Shown here piece by piece: positions 18,256 to 28,793 of a stretch of DNA of 64,000 bases. The first letter of the stretch is position 1; each line of letters begins with the position of its first letter. The stretch lies in the sequence record NC_042098.1; one strand, 5' to 3'. The position numbers and the translations under genes are program-made. The notes under the pieces are model-generated. The model saw only the letters and a list, made by a program, of their open reading frames with translations. It had not been told where the DNA came from and ran no database searches.

Positions 18256-19230
18256 ATGGCTCAGCAGATCAGCGTGAACGACGTAGTTTATCCGTTCAAC
18301 CCCCTTAATACCGTGGCCGGTGCCAAAGGCATTGTGGAGTCCCATACACTTACGCCAGCCAACGGCGTGAACTATGTGACTTTCGTTCCACGCGCAGCCC
18401 CTTTCTTTCGCCGCACCTTAGTACTCAAGAACAAAGCCAACAACCAGGTGTTAGTCGAAGGCCAGCATTATACCCTGGCGTATTTCTTTGCCCCATTCAC
18501 CCAGCTGGTCTATAAAGGTGTCTACGGCGGTATTACAGTCAATGAACTGGATGCACCGATTGAAGTCGAAGTGACCTATGATACCATCGGCGGGGATTTT
18601 GTTCTGGACAGCACTGGTTATGCACAGCTGGCTGCTAACCTGGTAAACAACCCGCGTGAACTGGACTGGACACAGATCGCTGATACCCCAGATACGTACC
18701 CGCCGATCGACCACACCCACCCGGCCGACCAAACGCTGAACTACATGGATTACGTTGAGCAACTGCAGGCCATGCAGGCACTGGTCACCAGCGCCATCGG
18801 TGGGTATGTGGCCTCCCTCAACACCCACATCGACACCCAAGGTAATGCCCATGGCATGAAGCCGATTGATATCGGACTGGGTAATGTGATGAACTGGGCA
18901 CCGGCGACCACTGAAGATATCCCGGGGGGCGGGACGACGCTGTATGCTTCACTGGCGATTGTGAAACAAGCCTTCCAGTACATGTACGGTGGCTTAACCA
19001 CCCCGGCGTTGAAGAGTGCGATTCTCAATGACTACCTGTCAGCAGAATCTGTAGTCCGTACCTTAACGGTGCTGAATGAAGGCGCATTACTGAACACCGA
19101 TGAAGTGGCGAACTTTGGTTTGTGGAAAACCTATCGGGCACAGATGTTGATCAAAGCATCAACCGGCAATACCACCGTGCTCACTCCGCCAGCGGTAAAC
19201 GGAGCGTTCTCACGACTGTTAGGAGTCTAA
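18256..19230 (+). CDS. Baseplate/tail fibre-associated protein (start revised to MAQQIS)
   Basis: Shares N-terminal P...APFF...L.L and LDW.QI...P..YPP..HTH modules with the next genes. Confidence 0.7.
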   Translation: MAQQISVNDVVYPFNPLNTVAGAKGIVESHTLTPANGVNYVTFVPRAAPFFRRTLVLKNKANNQVLVEGQHYTLAYFFAPFTQLVYKGVYGGITVNELDAPIEVEVTYDTIGGDFVLDSTGYAQLAANLVNNPRELDWTQIADTPDTYPPIDHTHPADQTLNYMDYVEQLQAMQALVTSAIGGYVASLNTHIDTQGNAHGMKPIDIGLGNVMNWAPATTEDIPGGGTTLYASLAIVKQAFQYMYGGLTTPALKSAILNDYLSAESVVRTLTVLNEGALLNTDEVANFGLWKTYRAQMLIKASTGNTTVLTPPAVNGAFSRLLGV

Positions 19231-19231
19231 C

Positions 19232-20494
19232 ATGAGCAGTACTTTATTTCCTGATGTACGTCGGTTGGAGTTTGACCGCTCAGGCGTTAGCGCTGACAAT
19301 CACATCACGGACGATTACATTGATCTGCCTGTGGCGGGATCAAACCGCGCGATCGTGTTAAAGCATGGGGCGTTCTATACCGACTCATTGATATTGAAAG
19401 ATGACAGCGGCAATATTCTGGAGAAATGGGTGGATTACCAACCTGTCTATCCTTATAACCGCCCTGAGCTCAATATCACTGAGATGACCGGCAAGGACAA
19501 CGCCGCGTTTATCATGATCCTCAATGCCAGTCTGACCGGACGGGTGATCGCTGATTATCAGGCAGTGGGGATTCCAAGTGGGATCGCTAACCGGGACTTG
19601 ATCGACATCCTGGATGCCATTGCCAAAGATGCGCGTAAGTATTACTGGGATGATATCTTTGATAAGCCCGATAAGTTCCCGCCATCTCCACACCCATTGG
19701 ATATCAAAGACACCTATAACTGGGCACCCATGACAGAAGCCATGGCACGGTTCGTGGATTGTTTAAAACACCTTGATCGCCTGCCAACCATTCAGGATTA
19801 CATCGATCAGATCGACACGGTGTATAAGGACGCGTTACCAAAACTCAATGCAGTTTATAGTGCGTTCCTCACCCACCGTCGGAACTACAGTAACCCGCAT
19901 CTTGATGTGAAGACCACGGTAGTTAATCTGAACAATGTGGATGATTTTGATATGGCGACCTTGGCAGAGGTTATTGCCGGCACATCCAGTGTTAAGTTCA
20001 TGTCACCGTACACCGGCTCGCAAGCGGCTTACAATACCCTGCTGAAGAATGACACCTCGTTAGTGCACGTTAACCGTGTGCCGATGGTGCAGTTCGGGGA
20101 CCTGAGCACCACTGCGATTCCGTATACGCTCGCAGGTTTCGTACTGACCATCACGGCGGACGTTCCGGCTATGTTGGCGTCACGGGAGTTCACCCTGAAG
20201 AAAGGGGCGATCGACCTGACGAAGTTTGTCAGTGCACCGGCGAACAAGACCCTCTTCCTCTATGTGCGTATCCGTAATGGACAAGCGAGCTATGAGGTCG
20301 CGAGTGCAGCATCGCCTGAGACCACCACGTATATCAACGTAGGACGCATTGTAACCGGTGCATCTGCTATCACGTCTGTTACGATCAATAAGATCTCCGG
20401 ACTCGGTACCGTGCGTGTCAGTGAGGTTCAGATTGGTTCTGCGATTGCAGTGACATCTGGTCTGCCATCCCAATCGGCGAATTTGAACTGGTAA
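19232..20494 (+). CDS. Baseplate/tail fibre-associated protein
   Basis: LEFDRSG..ADNHI N-module, YWDDI..KP..FPP..H, H..NYSNPH, and a C-module shared with 20548 and 24088. Confidence 0.7.
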   Translation: MSSTLFPDVRRLEFDRSGVSADNHITDDYIDLPVAGSNRAIVLKHGAFYTDSLILKDDSGNILEKWVDYQPVYPYNRPELNITEMTGKDNAAFIMILNASLTGRVIADYQAVGIPSGIANRDLIDILDAIAKDARKYYWDDIFDKPDKFPPSPHPLDIKDTYNWAPMTEAMARFVDCLKHLDRLPTIQDYIDQIDTVYKDALPKLNAVYSAFLTHRRNYSNPHLDVKTTVVNLNNVDDFDMATLAEVIAGTSSVKFMSPYTGSQAAYNTLLKNDTSLVHVNRVPMVQFGDLSTTAIPYTLAGFVLTITADVPAMLASREFTLKKGAIDLTKFVSAPANKTLFLYVRIRNGQASYEVASAASPETTTYINVGRIVTGASAITSVTINKISGLGTVRVSEVQIGSAIAVTSGLPSQSANLNW

Positions 20495-20499
20495 GGGTG

Positions 20500-20522
20500 A
20501 GTGGGTGATCCCCTCACCCACT
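20500..20522 (+). terminator. Intergenic hairpin
   Basis: AGTGGGTGA-TCCCC-TCACCCACT followed by TCCCTATGACC (degenerate tail). Confidence 0.5.
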
Positions 20523-20547
20523 TCCCTATGACCCAGGAGAGGTTTCG

Positions 20548-23500
20548 ATGAACACCCCGATTTTAACGAAGTATAAATTTGACCCCACGGGGAAAGATCC
20601 CGAGAACCTGATTGGTGGCGAACGCCACACTGTTGCGGCGGGCCCAAAGAACAAAATCATCGCCGTGTTTGAAGGTCCCTTTTTCTCAGCCAGTGCCAAA
20701 GTGCGCTTGCTTGATGGCAGTTACCTGGAACCCTGGGTAGACTTCCAACCCGTGCACCATTTCCCTGAAGCCTCCAAACGCACCGGGAAGTCCTGTACGT
20801 GCTTTATCAAGATCCTCAATGAATCGGTCAATGGGGATGTCTTTATTGAATACCAGGTGGTGGGGGGTGAGTTCACCTTCAACAGCATCACGCTTGAGAA
20901 CCTGTTGTGGGCGATCATTAATGATGAGCGTTCGGTCCTGTGGGATAACATCAACAACCGTCCCGCTACTTACCCGCCGTCGTATCATACCCATGACATC
21001 TTCAATGACACGTATGGCTGGGATGATCGTATCGCTTTCAGTAACTGGATCTCGGATTATCTGATCCTCGGTGGCGAGCGCTTGAACTACGAAGGCTTTA
21101 CCAACAAGGTCAATGTGGTACTGGATGAGATCACCACCATTCAGGCGAACATCTTAGCCCAAGTTGCTGAGCACGAAGCCGATCACACCAACCCGCATGC
21201 CGATACGGCAAAAGCTTTGGGTTACAGCAAGTTGCAGAACCTGGCCACCGCTGATGAACCACAAGCGCTGGAAGGGCAACGGACCGATCTGCGTCTTACC
21301 GTGAAGACCGCTGAGAGCATTCTGGCGGATGCGGTAAAAGGCTATTCGGTCAACCTGATTCACCAGGGGATTATTCCGGTCAGTCGCTTTGGTAACCTGA
21401 ACTTCTTACAGCCAGGAATCATCGGGTCGTTTGAAGGAGCGTCGATGGTTGATGCGCATGACCACTATGCCCAGGTGGTTGAGAATGACGGTACCTTCAT
21501 CCGTCTTCGTCCCGGGACCAATGGCGAATCCATTGCGCTGTATTACGACTACGCCACCAACATCCACCGTAATATCAATACCTTTACGATTACTAACACC
21601 AACAACAAATATGCACCCGCCGGGTTAGACCAAGCGTATATTCCGGCTCGTCTGTTTGATTGTCAGGGTGATGTGATTGCAGGGATCATGTACAACAAGG
21701 CAGCGTTGCCGGCAACCAGTGATTACAAATACTGGATTGCCTTGACAAACGGCACACTGGACAGCACCAAGCATAACTGCGCGCAGATTGGCAATGCCTT
21801 CTTTACCATGGACGATGGCTCAACCCAAGAGTTCAGTCCGTCGTGGACGCAGTTGTGTATGGTGGGTTCGCGGATCTACGTGATTCATCAGAACCCTAAC
21901 GTGGCCACTACCATGGAAGTCGGTGGGGCAATCAGTGGTAACGCCATCCCGCAGATCTACCTCGGGTACATCAACGTTGCGGACATTGTCGCCGGTGGAT
22001 CAGTCACGTTTACGCAGATCACAGGCTGGACGACCACGTTCCTCGGTCAAGTCCGTGCAGCTGCCCGCAGTATGCAGATTTGTGATCAAGTAATCGGCCG
22101 CTCTAATCAGCATGTGCTGGTACGTTATGACGGGAATCAATACGTCAGAGCTCAGTATCGCTCATGGCCAGGTGGCTACGGTAAGATGGTGGCGAACAGC
22201 GATGGTACGTTAACGATGTTAGTGGATTTTACTATTAACGTCGATGGCCGTAACAACTCCAATATTTCGGTGTATCCAATTCGCTTTATTATCGATGTTA
22301 ATGCCAAGACCGCCAGACCTGCTGACACCATGAACCCGTTTACCGTGGTTGATGACACTGCCAGTACATTGAAGATGACGGTGGTGACCAATGGCTCTAA
22401 CCTCAACTACTTTAAGTTGCGCGGCGTCAACGATGGTACTGCGGCACTGAGCGGCGATTACCATGGCAGTCGGTTGATCACCAAGAAAGGGTTCTCAATC
22501 TGTACCAGTCGCCAACAAGCATCCAACGTGGGCATGCGCATTGATATCCAACAGATCCCGAACTTTGTTGATATCGATACATATTGGCGGAATCCCGCCG
22601 CCTACACCAATCTCCTGTTCCGGACGATTGGTGATGGTACGTCCTACGGGTCAGAAGCGAAAGGTAACTTGCGTTGTCCGATCCTCTTCCCGAATAACCG
22701 TCTGGGCTTCTGGGCATTTGATGGCACGAACACCTTCTTTGCTTCACAGCCGTTAGTGGGTAATGGTGATTTCGTTTATAAGCTGATTGGGCTTGGTACG
22801 GTTCCGGGTTTCCAGCCTTCGAATGATCGCGTTAGAGCGACCGTTGCTCGTCCTGAGCGAGAGATCATCACGGAGATCAATGGCAGTTCGGTGGTTACCC
22901 ACTGTCGTGCAATCTCTGATGATGCACCGACCGGTGCGGCAAATATCGATTCATCCCTGAACACCTCGGGCTCCATCAGCACCGATGTGAACTACTTGCG
23001 TGCCCAGGGCCAGCGCGTACTCAATCAACTGGGTATCACGGCAGCTAAGTTTCGTTGTATTCTGTTCGTCCCAACGGATGGCGGAATGTCATTGATGCTT
23101 AAGATTGTGGGCTTCACTCCGGCACAGGCTAATGGTATCACTGACATGATCACGGTGATCGCTACCGTGACCTACAATGGTGCACGTGACGGTGTACTGG
23201 CTGGCTGGACCGCTAACCTCGATGACATCGTCAGTAAACCACAATCAGTTGGTACATCCGACATCTCCCGTATTCTAACCACCTTCGGGCTGCTGACATA
23301 TAAGGTGGGTGGCGAGTACATCATTGCGATGGGTGGGTTCTATTGCCCGTACACGGTTGGGCCAGCGAACAACCTGCCACTGGTGTACATGAAAATGACC
23401 AATGGTCGTCTTTCAGGCAACCCGTCGAATATGTACCTCGTCTCACCGTATGTTGACTTGTTATCAAACACACCGTTTGCCCTTCCAGGTAAGGGGTTGT

Positions 23501-24039
23501 TTGTTACATATTCAGATAACAACTATACCGTACCGGTGACCCCGAGTGCACAGTCAGCGGTAGGGCCGTGTGCGATCGTGTTAGCGGCGCAGGGTGAGAA
23601 CTTTGATACGATTCGTCAGTGGACCATTCCGGGTAACGGCACTTCAGTACTGATCTCACAAACGGTAGAACAAGGCTGGATCTTGTACTTTGCTGAAGAG
23701 ATCCCGGTGATTCTGAATGGGCGGGAATACACCTTACCGATCACCAGTATCGACCTGCGTAATGTGAAAGCTAACCCGGCGAGCACCACCTTCTTTGTCT
23801 ACATTGAAGCTGTGGATGTAGCCACCGCGAAGTACACCATCTCGGCCACGGAGTTGGCGGCAGCAACCACACGGATGTTCATTGGTACGGTAGCAACCAA
23901 TACGTCACAGATCAACACGATCAACGTGACCAAGCGATCGGGTCTGAATAAGTACCAGATCTCTGCGGTGAAAGCCGGATCGTCTATTCCGGTGTCAACC
24001 GGGTTGCCGTTCCAACGCGGTAACTGGAGTCAGGAATAA
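20548..24039 (+). CDS. Large tail fibre/baseplate protein (phiKZ gp145/146-like)
   Basis: 1163 aa; YKFDPTGKDPENLI N-module; Thr/Asn/Gly-rich beta-type composition. Confidence 0.7.
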   Translation: MNTPILTKYKFDPTGKDPENLIGGERHTVAAGPKNKIIAVFEGPFFSASAKVRLLDGSYLEPWVDFQPVHHFPEASKRTGKSCTCFIKILNESVNGDVFIEYQVVGGEFTFNSITLENLLWAIINDERSVLWDNINNRPATYPPSYHTHDIFNDTYGWDDRIAFSNWISDYLILGGERLNYEGFTNKVNVVLDEITTIQANILAQVAEHEADHTNPHADTAKALGYSKLQNLATADEPQALEGQRTDLRLTVKTAESILADAVKGYSVNLIHQGIIPVSRFGNLNFLQPGIIGSFEGASMVDAHDHYAQVVENDGTFIRLRPGTNGESIALYYDYATNIHRNINTFTITNTNNKYAPAGLDQAYIPARLFDCQGDVIAGIMYNKAALPATSDYKYWIALTNGTLDSTKHNCAQIGNAFFTMDDGSTQEFSPSWTQLCMVGSRIYVIHQNPNVATTMEVGGAISGNAIPQIYLGYINVADIVAGGSVTFTQITGWTTTFLGQVRAAARSMQICDQVIGRSNQHVLVRYDGNQYVRAQYRSWPGGYGKMVANSDGTLTMLVDFTINVDGRNNSNISVYPIRFIIDVNAKTARPADTMNPFTVVDDTASTLKMTVVTNGSNLNYFKLRGVNDGTAALSGDYHGSRLITKKGFSICTSRQQASNVGMRIDIQQIPNFVDIDTYWRNPAAYTNLLFRTIGDGTSYGSEAKGNLRCPILFPNNRLGFWAFDGTNTFFASQPLVGNGDFVYKLIGLGTVPGFQPSNDRVRATVARPEREIITEINGSSVVTHCRAISDDAPTGAANIDSSLNTSGSISTDVNYLRAQGQRVLNQLGITAAKFRCILFVPTDGGMSLMLKIVGFTPAQANGITDMITVIATVTYNGARDGVLAGWTANLDDIVSKPQSVGTSDISRILTTFGLLTYKVGGEYIIAMGGFYCPYTVGPANNLPLVYMKMTNGRLSGNPSNMYLVSPYVDLLSNTPFALPGKGLFVTYSDNNYTVPVTPSAQSAVGPCAIVLAAQGENFDTIRQWTIPGNGTSVLISQTVEQGWILYFAEEIPVILNGREYTLPITSIDLRNVKANPASTTFFVYIEAVDVATAKYTISATELAAATTRMFIGTVATNTSQINTINVTKRSGLNKYQISAVKAGSSIPVSTGLPFQRGNWSQE

Positions 24040-24046
24040 CTAGCAC

Positions 24047-24075
24047 GGGGGAGGTGACTCCCCCTTTCTTTATTG
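24047..24075 (+). terminator. Intrinsic terminator-like hairpin
   Basis: GGGGGAG-GTGA-CTCCCCC-TTTCTTTATT. Confidence 0.7.
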
Positions 24076-24087
24076 AAAGGAGTTGCC

Positions 24088-27000
24088 ATGAGCAGCAACC
24101 TTGTGGTCGAGCCAGGCAGTTGGGGTGAGTTCTATGCCTCGATTGAAGCTTTGACCTGGAAGTTACAAAACTCACGTTATTCTCAGTATGATCTGGCTTC
24201 CACGGTGATGGTCAACTTTGAAAACGATGTTGATGATCTGGTAACCAGTGCACAGACCCTTTTGGCCAGCCACCAGGCACGTCGGGATAATGTCCATCAG
24301 GTGAACGCCGAGCAGTTAGGGTTTGGGTTAGTCGATAACTTTAAAACTGCAACCGTGGCACAGGCTGGTGAAGGCGGGCATCCCAATCTCTTTGTTACCC
24401 CACAGGGTTTTAATGCCCTGGCGAGTAAAGTGTTTGCAGATTTCGGTTCATCACTTCATCATCAAGGGATCAACCCAATCTCATCATTTGGTTCACTGTC
24501 TTTCCTCCCCCCTGACGTCTCCGGTTCTTTTGAAGGTTCAGGTCAGGTATCGGGAAACTCAGCCAGTCCAATGATCATTGAAGACGATGGAACGTTAGTG
24601 GGCTTGCGCTACGGCACGACCGGCACCACCGAAGGACTGTACTACTTCTATTTGCCAACCGCTGAAGACCGTATTGATAACGCGTCTGTTATTCGCACCA
24701 ACTTTAAGTATGCACCTGCAAACTTACCGGCTGGGGCTTATTGCACCGATGTTTACAATACCGAGTCGGATGTGCTGCTGGGGAATATCAAAGGGTCATC
24801 AAGCTACAATTGGTTTATCTCCATTACCAACGGAACGTTTGACGCCACCAAACACAACACCGCTTACTTCACTATCAATGGTGATCCGGACCTTGCTTAC
24901 CTGGGCAAGTATTCCACGGCGCTGGTTGTCAATGGTTATGTTTATATTTTCGGCATGTTGGATGACGGCTTTACCACCAACCGACCTATTGGCGGTGAGT
25001 TGAAAAACACCAACCCCATTGACATGGTGGTTTGGCGGGTAGCAGTGAGCAGCATCATTAATAACAATGCAGTGACCCTTGAAAAGATCAGTACTTGGTC
25101 TACCAAAGATATCTGGGGTGACACAACCAGCAATCCCCGTATTCAGCTCAGTAAAATCGCGATCAGTGAGAATGCAGCTGACAAACCGTATGTGCAGGTG
25201 AATGGTGCGCTGGTGCGCTCAGTAATCGTTCGTAATGCCCAGCGTCGTCTGTTTGCCGTGGTTGACCCAGCCAACCCTACCCGTATTCGACTGGCGGTTA
25301 ATCACACCTTTTATGCACAGCTCTCAACCGGCAGCAGTTATAACGGCAGTTGTGCGCTGAGCATGTTGCTGGATCTGACTGCAAAGACCGCAGTGGTGGA
25401 AGATAACGCCAACCGTATCCTGGTCGGTGTAAGTGGTCAGACAGTTACGGTAACCGGCAATACCCTATTGACCGATAACCTGTTAACGGGTTCGGCCTTA
25501 GGGGGTAACTGGCATCCGAACGTCACGTTGACCTCACGCGGCTATCTGTTCTGTCGCACCTCGGGTAACCAACCTGATGAGAACCCACGGTTCAGTAAAG
25601 GACTGATTACCAACTTTACTACCCGGTTTGAAGCGATGCGGATTCGGTCACGTCAAGTGCGTCAGATCACCCTGGTTACCGATCCACTGGTTACCGGCAC
25701 GGCACTGACCAACAACTTCATGAAGCCACAGTACTTGGCTGGTAATGCATTGTTGCTCACCAGTAACCCGTACAAGACGCCCGGGTATTACGCTTACGGT
25801 ACGACTAAACGGGTATTGCTTACCGGATCACCCACCTTTAACTACACGCTGAACTCTGGTGTGACGTTACAGGGCTGGGCGCCTAACAGCAACCGTTATG
25901 AAATCACCGATGCCAACAACCCACCCCGCAATCGCTTTTACCACATCATCACCCAGGTTGACAGTGCAGGCAATGTGACCTCCAGTCCGTCAGTGTTATC
26001 AGATGGCAGTTCTGCACAAGTGGGTACTTCCATTGATGCTAACCTGAACATCACCGGCTCGATCACCTTTAATCAGGCTGAACTGAACACCGTGGCGAAA
26101 GCGGCTTGTCAGACTGCCTTGGGTACTGCGCCGTCATTGTGGCGAGGTTTGATCTATGTGCCGCAGGATACTGCGGTGCCGTTGATCATGGTGTGTACCG
26201 GCGAAGTGTTGCGCAGTGACGGTAATGGTTATCGGGTGAATCACTCGTTGGTTGAGTTAACGTACACCGGCGCACGGTCAGGGAACATCACGGGTTATAC
26301 CGTGAAGCGGGTACTCAACTCACAGCTCAATGACCAGCAACCAACCGGCGTGCCGTTAGAGCTGGCGTGTAACGGTGGGTTGAACATCTACAAAACAGCG
26401 GCGGGGGATTATCTGCTGGGGATTGGTGAACCTACCTTCCATCAGACCTACGGTGGGATCTACGGTTATGTCTGGTATGCGGCGATCAAAGCCGGCACAG
26501 GCACCATTGAAGACAGTTCGTTAAAAGCCTTTAACCATGGCTATTATCCGACGTCCGTTAACCCAACCCCGGTTGTGGTGCCGGGTTATGGCTTGTGTGT
26601 AATGGATTATCAGACGCAGCAGGCTAACGCCAACGCCTTGATGATCGTGGATGTGATGGCGGCAACCTACGCCGAGTTTGTTGCCTGGACGTCCAAGCGT
26701 AAGCTGGTCTTAACCGCCCAACAGGTAGAGCAAGGGTATCTCGTTTACTTCACGGCACCCACTCAGGTGTTCATGGCCGGTAACGAATACACCCTGCCTG
26801 CGGGTAACATTGACCTGCGTACCATCACTGCCAATCCTGCCAGTAAGACGTTCTATGTTTACGTGCAGTTAGTCGACGAGCAGGTACAATACCTGATCAC
26901 CCTCGATCAGCTCGCCCCAACCATAACGTTGATGTACATTGGCAAGATTACCACCAACACCACGCAAATCAGTAGCATTGCTGTTGATAAACGTATCCGC

Positions 27001-27537
27001 ATCGAAACCTTCGAATTGTCAGCTACCCACATCGGGTCGGGTATTCCGATCACGACAGGTGTGCCGTCAACCGCGGGTAACTTTGCTTGGCGGGATGGGT
27101 TTGTGAAGTTGATGAAGTTTGATATGAATCTGGATTACAACGGCATCGTGAGTATGAACTTACGCACTGGTGCGGTAACGATCCAGTTAAGTCAGTCCGG
27201 CGAACCGCCAGATGTTTCCCGTACAAACACGCAGTTTGTGTACGCAACGGGCGAGGCATGGGCGCCGGGGTTAGTGGCAGCGGGTACAACGGCATCGGGG
27301 TCATCAGATGCTTTCAACACCTACGTCACTACATCGAAGACATTTGCAGCATTGGCTAAAGCTGATATTGCCGCAACAGGCACCCTGTCAGCAAAAGTAG
27401 GTAATCAGACCGGGCGGGTTGCCGGTACGATCACCCAACAACCATCTGCAGCAAACGACTATACCCTTAAATGGCAGGTTACTGACCAGCCAGGCGGGAT
27501 TGGTAACTACACCTTCGATCTCTACGTGCATTACTAA
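24088..27537 (+). CDS. Large tail fibre/baseplate protein, paralog of 20548 with extra C-terminal domain (start revised to MSSNL)
   Basis: HQG..P.S.FG.L.FL.P...GSFEG and EDDGT...LR.GT.G...LYY shared with 20548; AAGGAG RBS. Confidence 0.7.
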   Translation: MSSNLVVEPGSWGEFYASIEALTWKLQNSRYSQYDLASTVMVNFENDVDDLVTSAQTLLASHQARRDNVHQVNAEQLGFGLVDNFKTATVAQAGEGGHPNLFVTPQGFNALASKVFADFGSSLHHQGINPISSFGSLSFLPPDVSGSFEGSGQVSGNSASPMIIEDDGTLVGLRYGTTGTTEGLYYFYLPTAEDRIDNASVIRTNFKYAPANLPAGAYCTDVYNTESDVLLGNIKGSSSYNWFISITNGTFDATKHNTAYFTINGDPDLAYLGKYSTALVVNGYVYIFGMLDDGFTTNRPIGGELKNTNPIDMVVWRVAVSSIINNNAVTLEKISTWSTKDIWGDTTSNPRIQLSKIAISENAADKPYVQVNGALVRSVIVRNAQRRLFAVVDPANPTRIRLAVNHTFYAQLSTGSSYNGSCALSMLLDLTAKTAVVEDNANRILVGVSGQTVTVTGNTLLTDNLLTGSALGGNWHPNVTLTSRGYLFCRTSGNQPDENPRFSKGLITNFTTRFEAMRIRSRQVRQITLVTDPLVTGTALTNNFMKPQYLAGNALLLTSNPYKTPGYYAYGTTKRVLLTGSPTFNYTLNSGVTLQGWAPNSNRYEITDANNPPRNRFYHIITQVDSAGNVTSSPSVLSDGSSAQVGTSIDANLNITGSITFNQAELNTVAKAACQTALGTAPSLWRGLIYVPQDTAVPLIMVCTGEVLRSDGNGYRVNHSLVELTYTGARSGNITGYTVKRVLNSQLNDQQPTGVPLELACNGGLNIYKTAAGDYLLGIGEPTFHQTYGGIYGYVWYAAIKAGTGTIEDSSLKAFNHGYYPTSVNPTPVVVPGYGLCVMDYQTQQANANALMIVDVMAATYAEFVAWTSKRKLVLTAQQVEQGYLVYFTAPTQVFMAGNEYTLPAGNIDLRTITANPASKTFYVYVQLVDEQVQYLITLDQLAPTITLMYIGKITTNTTQISSIAVDKRIRIETFELSATHIGSGIPITTGVPSTAGNFAWRDGFVKLMKFDMNLDYNGIVSMNLRTGAVTIQLSQSGEPPDVSRTNTQFVYATGEAWAPGLVAAGTTASGSSDAFNTYVTTSKTFAALAKADIAATGTLSAKVGNQTGRVAGTITQQPSAANDYTLKWQVTDQPGGIGNYTFDLYVHY

Positions 27538-27538
27538 C

Positions 27539-27577
27539 CAGCATAAGGAGAGGGCGTTTGCCCTCTCCTCTATGCCG
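27539..27577. terminator. Bidirectional hairpin element between convergent genes
   Basis: CAGCATA-AGGAGAGGGC-GTTT-GCCCTCTCCT-CTATGCCG. Confidence 0.85.
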
Positions 27578-27578
27578 A

Positions 27579-28517
27579 TTAAACAGGGCCACCAGTTTCT
27601 GAACCGCCTTTCTGTACCCCGCCGTGCAGGTGACCGGTTAGTGAAATCCCGGCTGCGACAACATCCGCTGGGGTGTTTAAACCGCCAGAGGTCTCAATGT
27701 GACCAGTGTGGTCGATATCGCCAATCATACTGATCCCGCCTGGGGAGTTAATCGTGGTTTTATTGGTAATGAGCTCGAAGGATTCATTAGCCGTGATCTT
27801 CATGGTTTTGCACAACATGGAAATCAGTTCTTGGGCTGTGAGATTGAAGTTCTCTTGCGCAATGATTTCAATGTTCTTTTTGCTCATGGTGATCAGGCAC
27901 TTGTCGGTATTGGTGATCTGCCATAACGCCTCAAGCGAGTTCAGCACCAGGTTGTTGTCCAGGTCATCCGCCAATGAGAAGATAGCTTCACCGTAATCCG
28001 CCTTGATGACATACTGGACTTGTTCGCCATTCATCTTCGAGTTGGACATCATGAAGTGTTTTTTATGAGAGGACCATTCAATGAAGTACCAGTCCCCTTC
28101 ACCAATGTTCTTGTCTTCGGTGGTAGCAGGCGACCCACTCAAGGCAATGATGATGGTCTCTAAACGTCGTAGGTCATCATCCAGACCCGTTTCCGTCCAG
28201 TAGTACTTGTCCTCGTCACCAATCTGCCAGATCACGACACGTTCACCTTTGACCACATCGGGTGCAGTGACACGGTTAGAACGGAATGGGAACCAGATTG
28301 CTGCGATAGTGGAGTCCGTTACCACTTTGTCTTGGGTGCTGTCGCCCGACGAGGTCTTGCCGTTATGGGTGATGACCTGTGGGTTCACTTCAGCTTCACC
28401 CGACATCATCGGTGCAGTTTCACGGGGAATAACTTGAATCTCTTTGCTGTTGGTGCTCTTGACTGCAGCCACCACACCCATAGAGTAAAATTTAAGAACC
28501 GATACGTTACTGGCCAT
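27579..28517 (-). CDS. Baseplate central spike protein (P2 gpV/phi92 gp138-like)
   Basis: OB-fold-like N-terminus, beta-helix-like short repeats, C-terminal SLTGHLHGGVQKGGSETGGP with HxH metal motif. Confidence 0.8.
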   Translation of the reverse strand: MASNVSVLKFYSMGVVAAVKSTNSKEIQVIPRETAPMMSGEAEVNPQVITHNGKTSSGDSTQDKVVTDSTIAAIWFPFRSNRVTAPDVVKGERVVIWQIGDEDKYYWTETGLDDDLRRLETIIIALSGSPATTEDKNIGEGDWYFIEWSSHKKHFMMSNSKMNGEQVQYVIKADYGEAIFSLADDLDNNLVLNSLEALWQITNTDKCLITMSKKNIEIIAQENFNLTAQELISMLCKTMKITANESFELITNKTTINSPGGISMIGDIDHTGHIETSGGLNTPADVVAAGISLTGHLHGGVQKGGSETGGPV

Positions 28518-28590
28518 AGCTAACCCTAATGTTATTTTTTACGTAACCCGACCATTCTATAAACCAGATCGAATTAATAGGAATCGATAA

Positions 28591-28782
28591 ATGAACCAAG
28601 TCTTCTTTATTGAGGCAGCGCCTCAGCGTTTACCGCAGTGGCTCAACCAAGCGATTCTTGACGGCCGTGTTCTTGTGCGCGGTGACTCCGTAGTAGACTA
28701 CCCGTTTTACGTGGTCGACGGACAGGTCGCAACAGTCGGCCAGAGCCTGGTCTTTGACGGGCAAACTATCACCATTAACTAG
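28591..28782 (+). CDS. Small hypothetical protein
   Basis: 63 aa with AGGA RBS, directly upstream of the SbcC-like gene. Confidence 0.6.
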   Translation: MNQVFFIEAAPQRLPQWLNQAILDGRVLVRGDSVVDYPFYVVDGQVATVGQSLVFDGQTITIN

Positions 28783-28793
28783 CGGCGCACATC

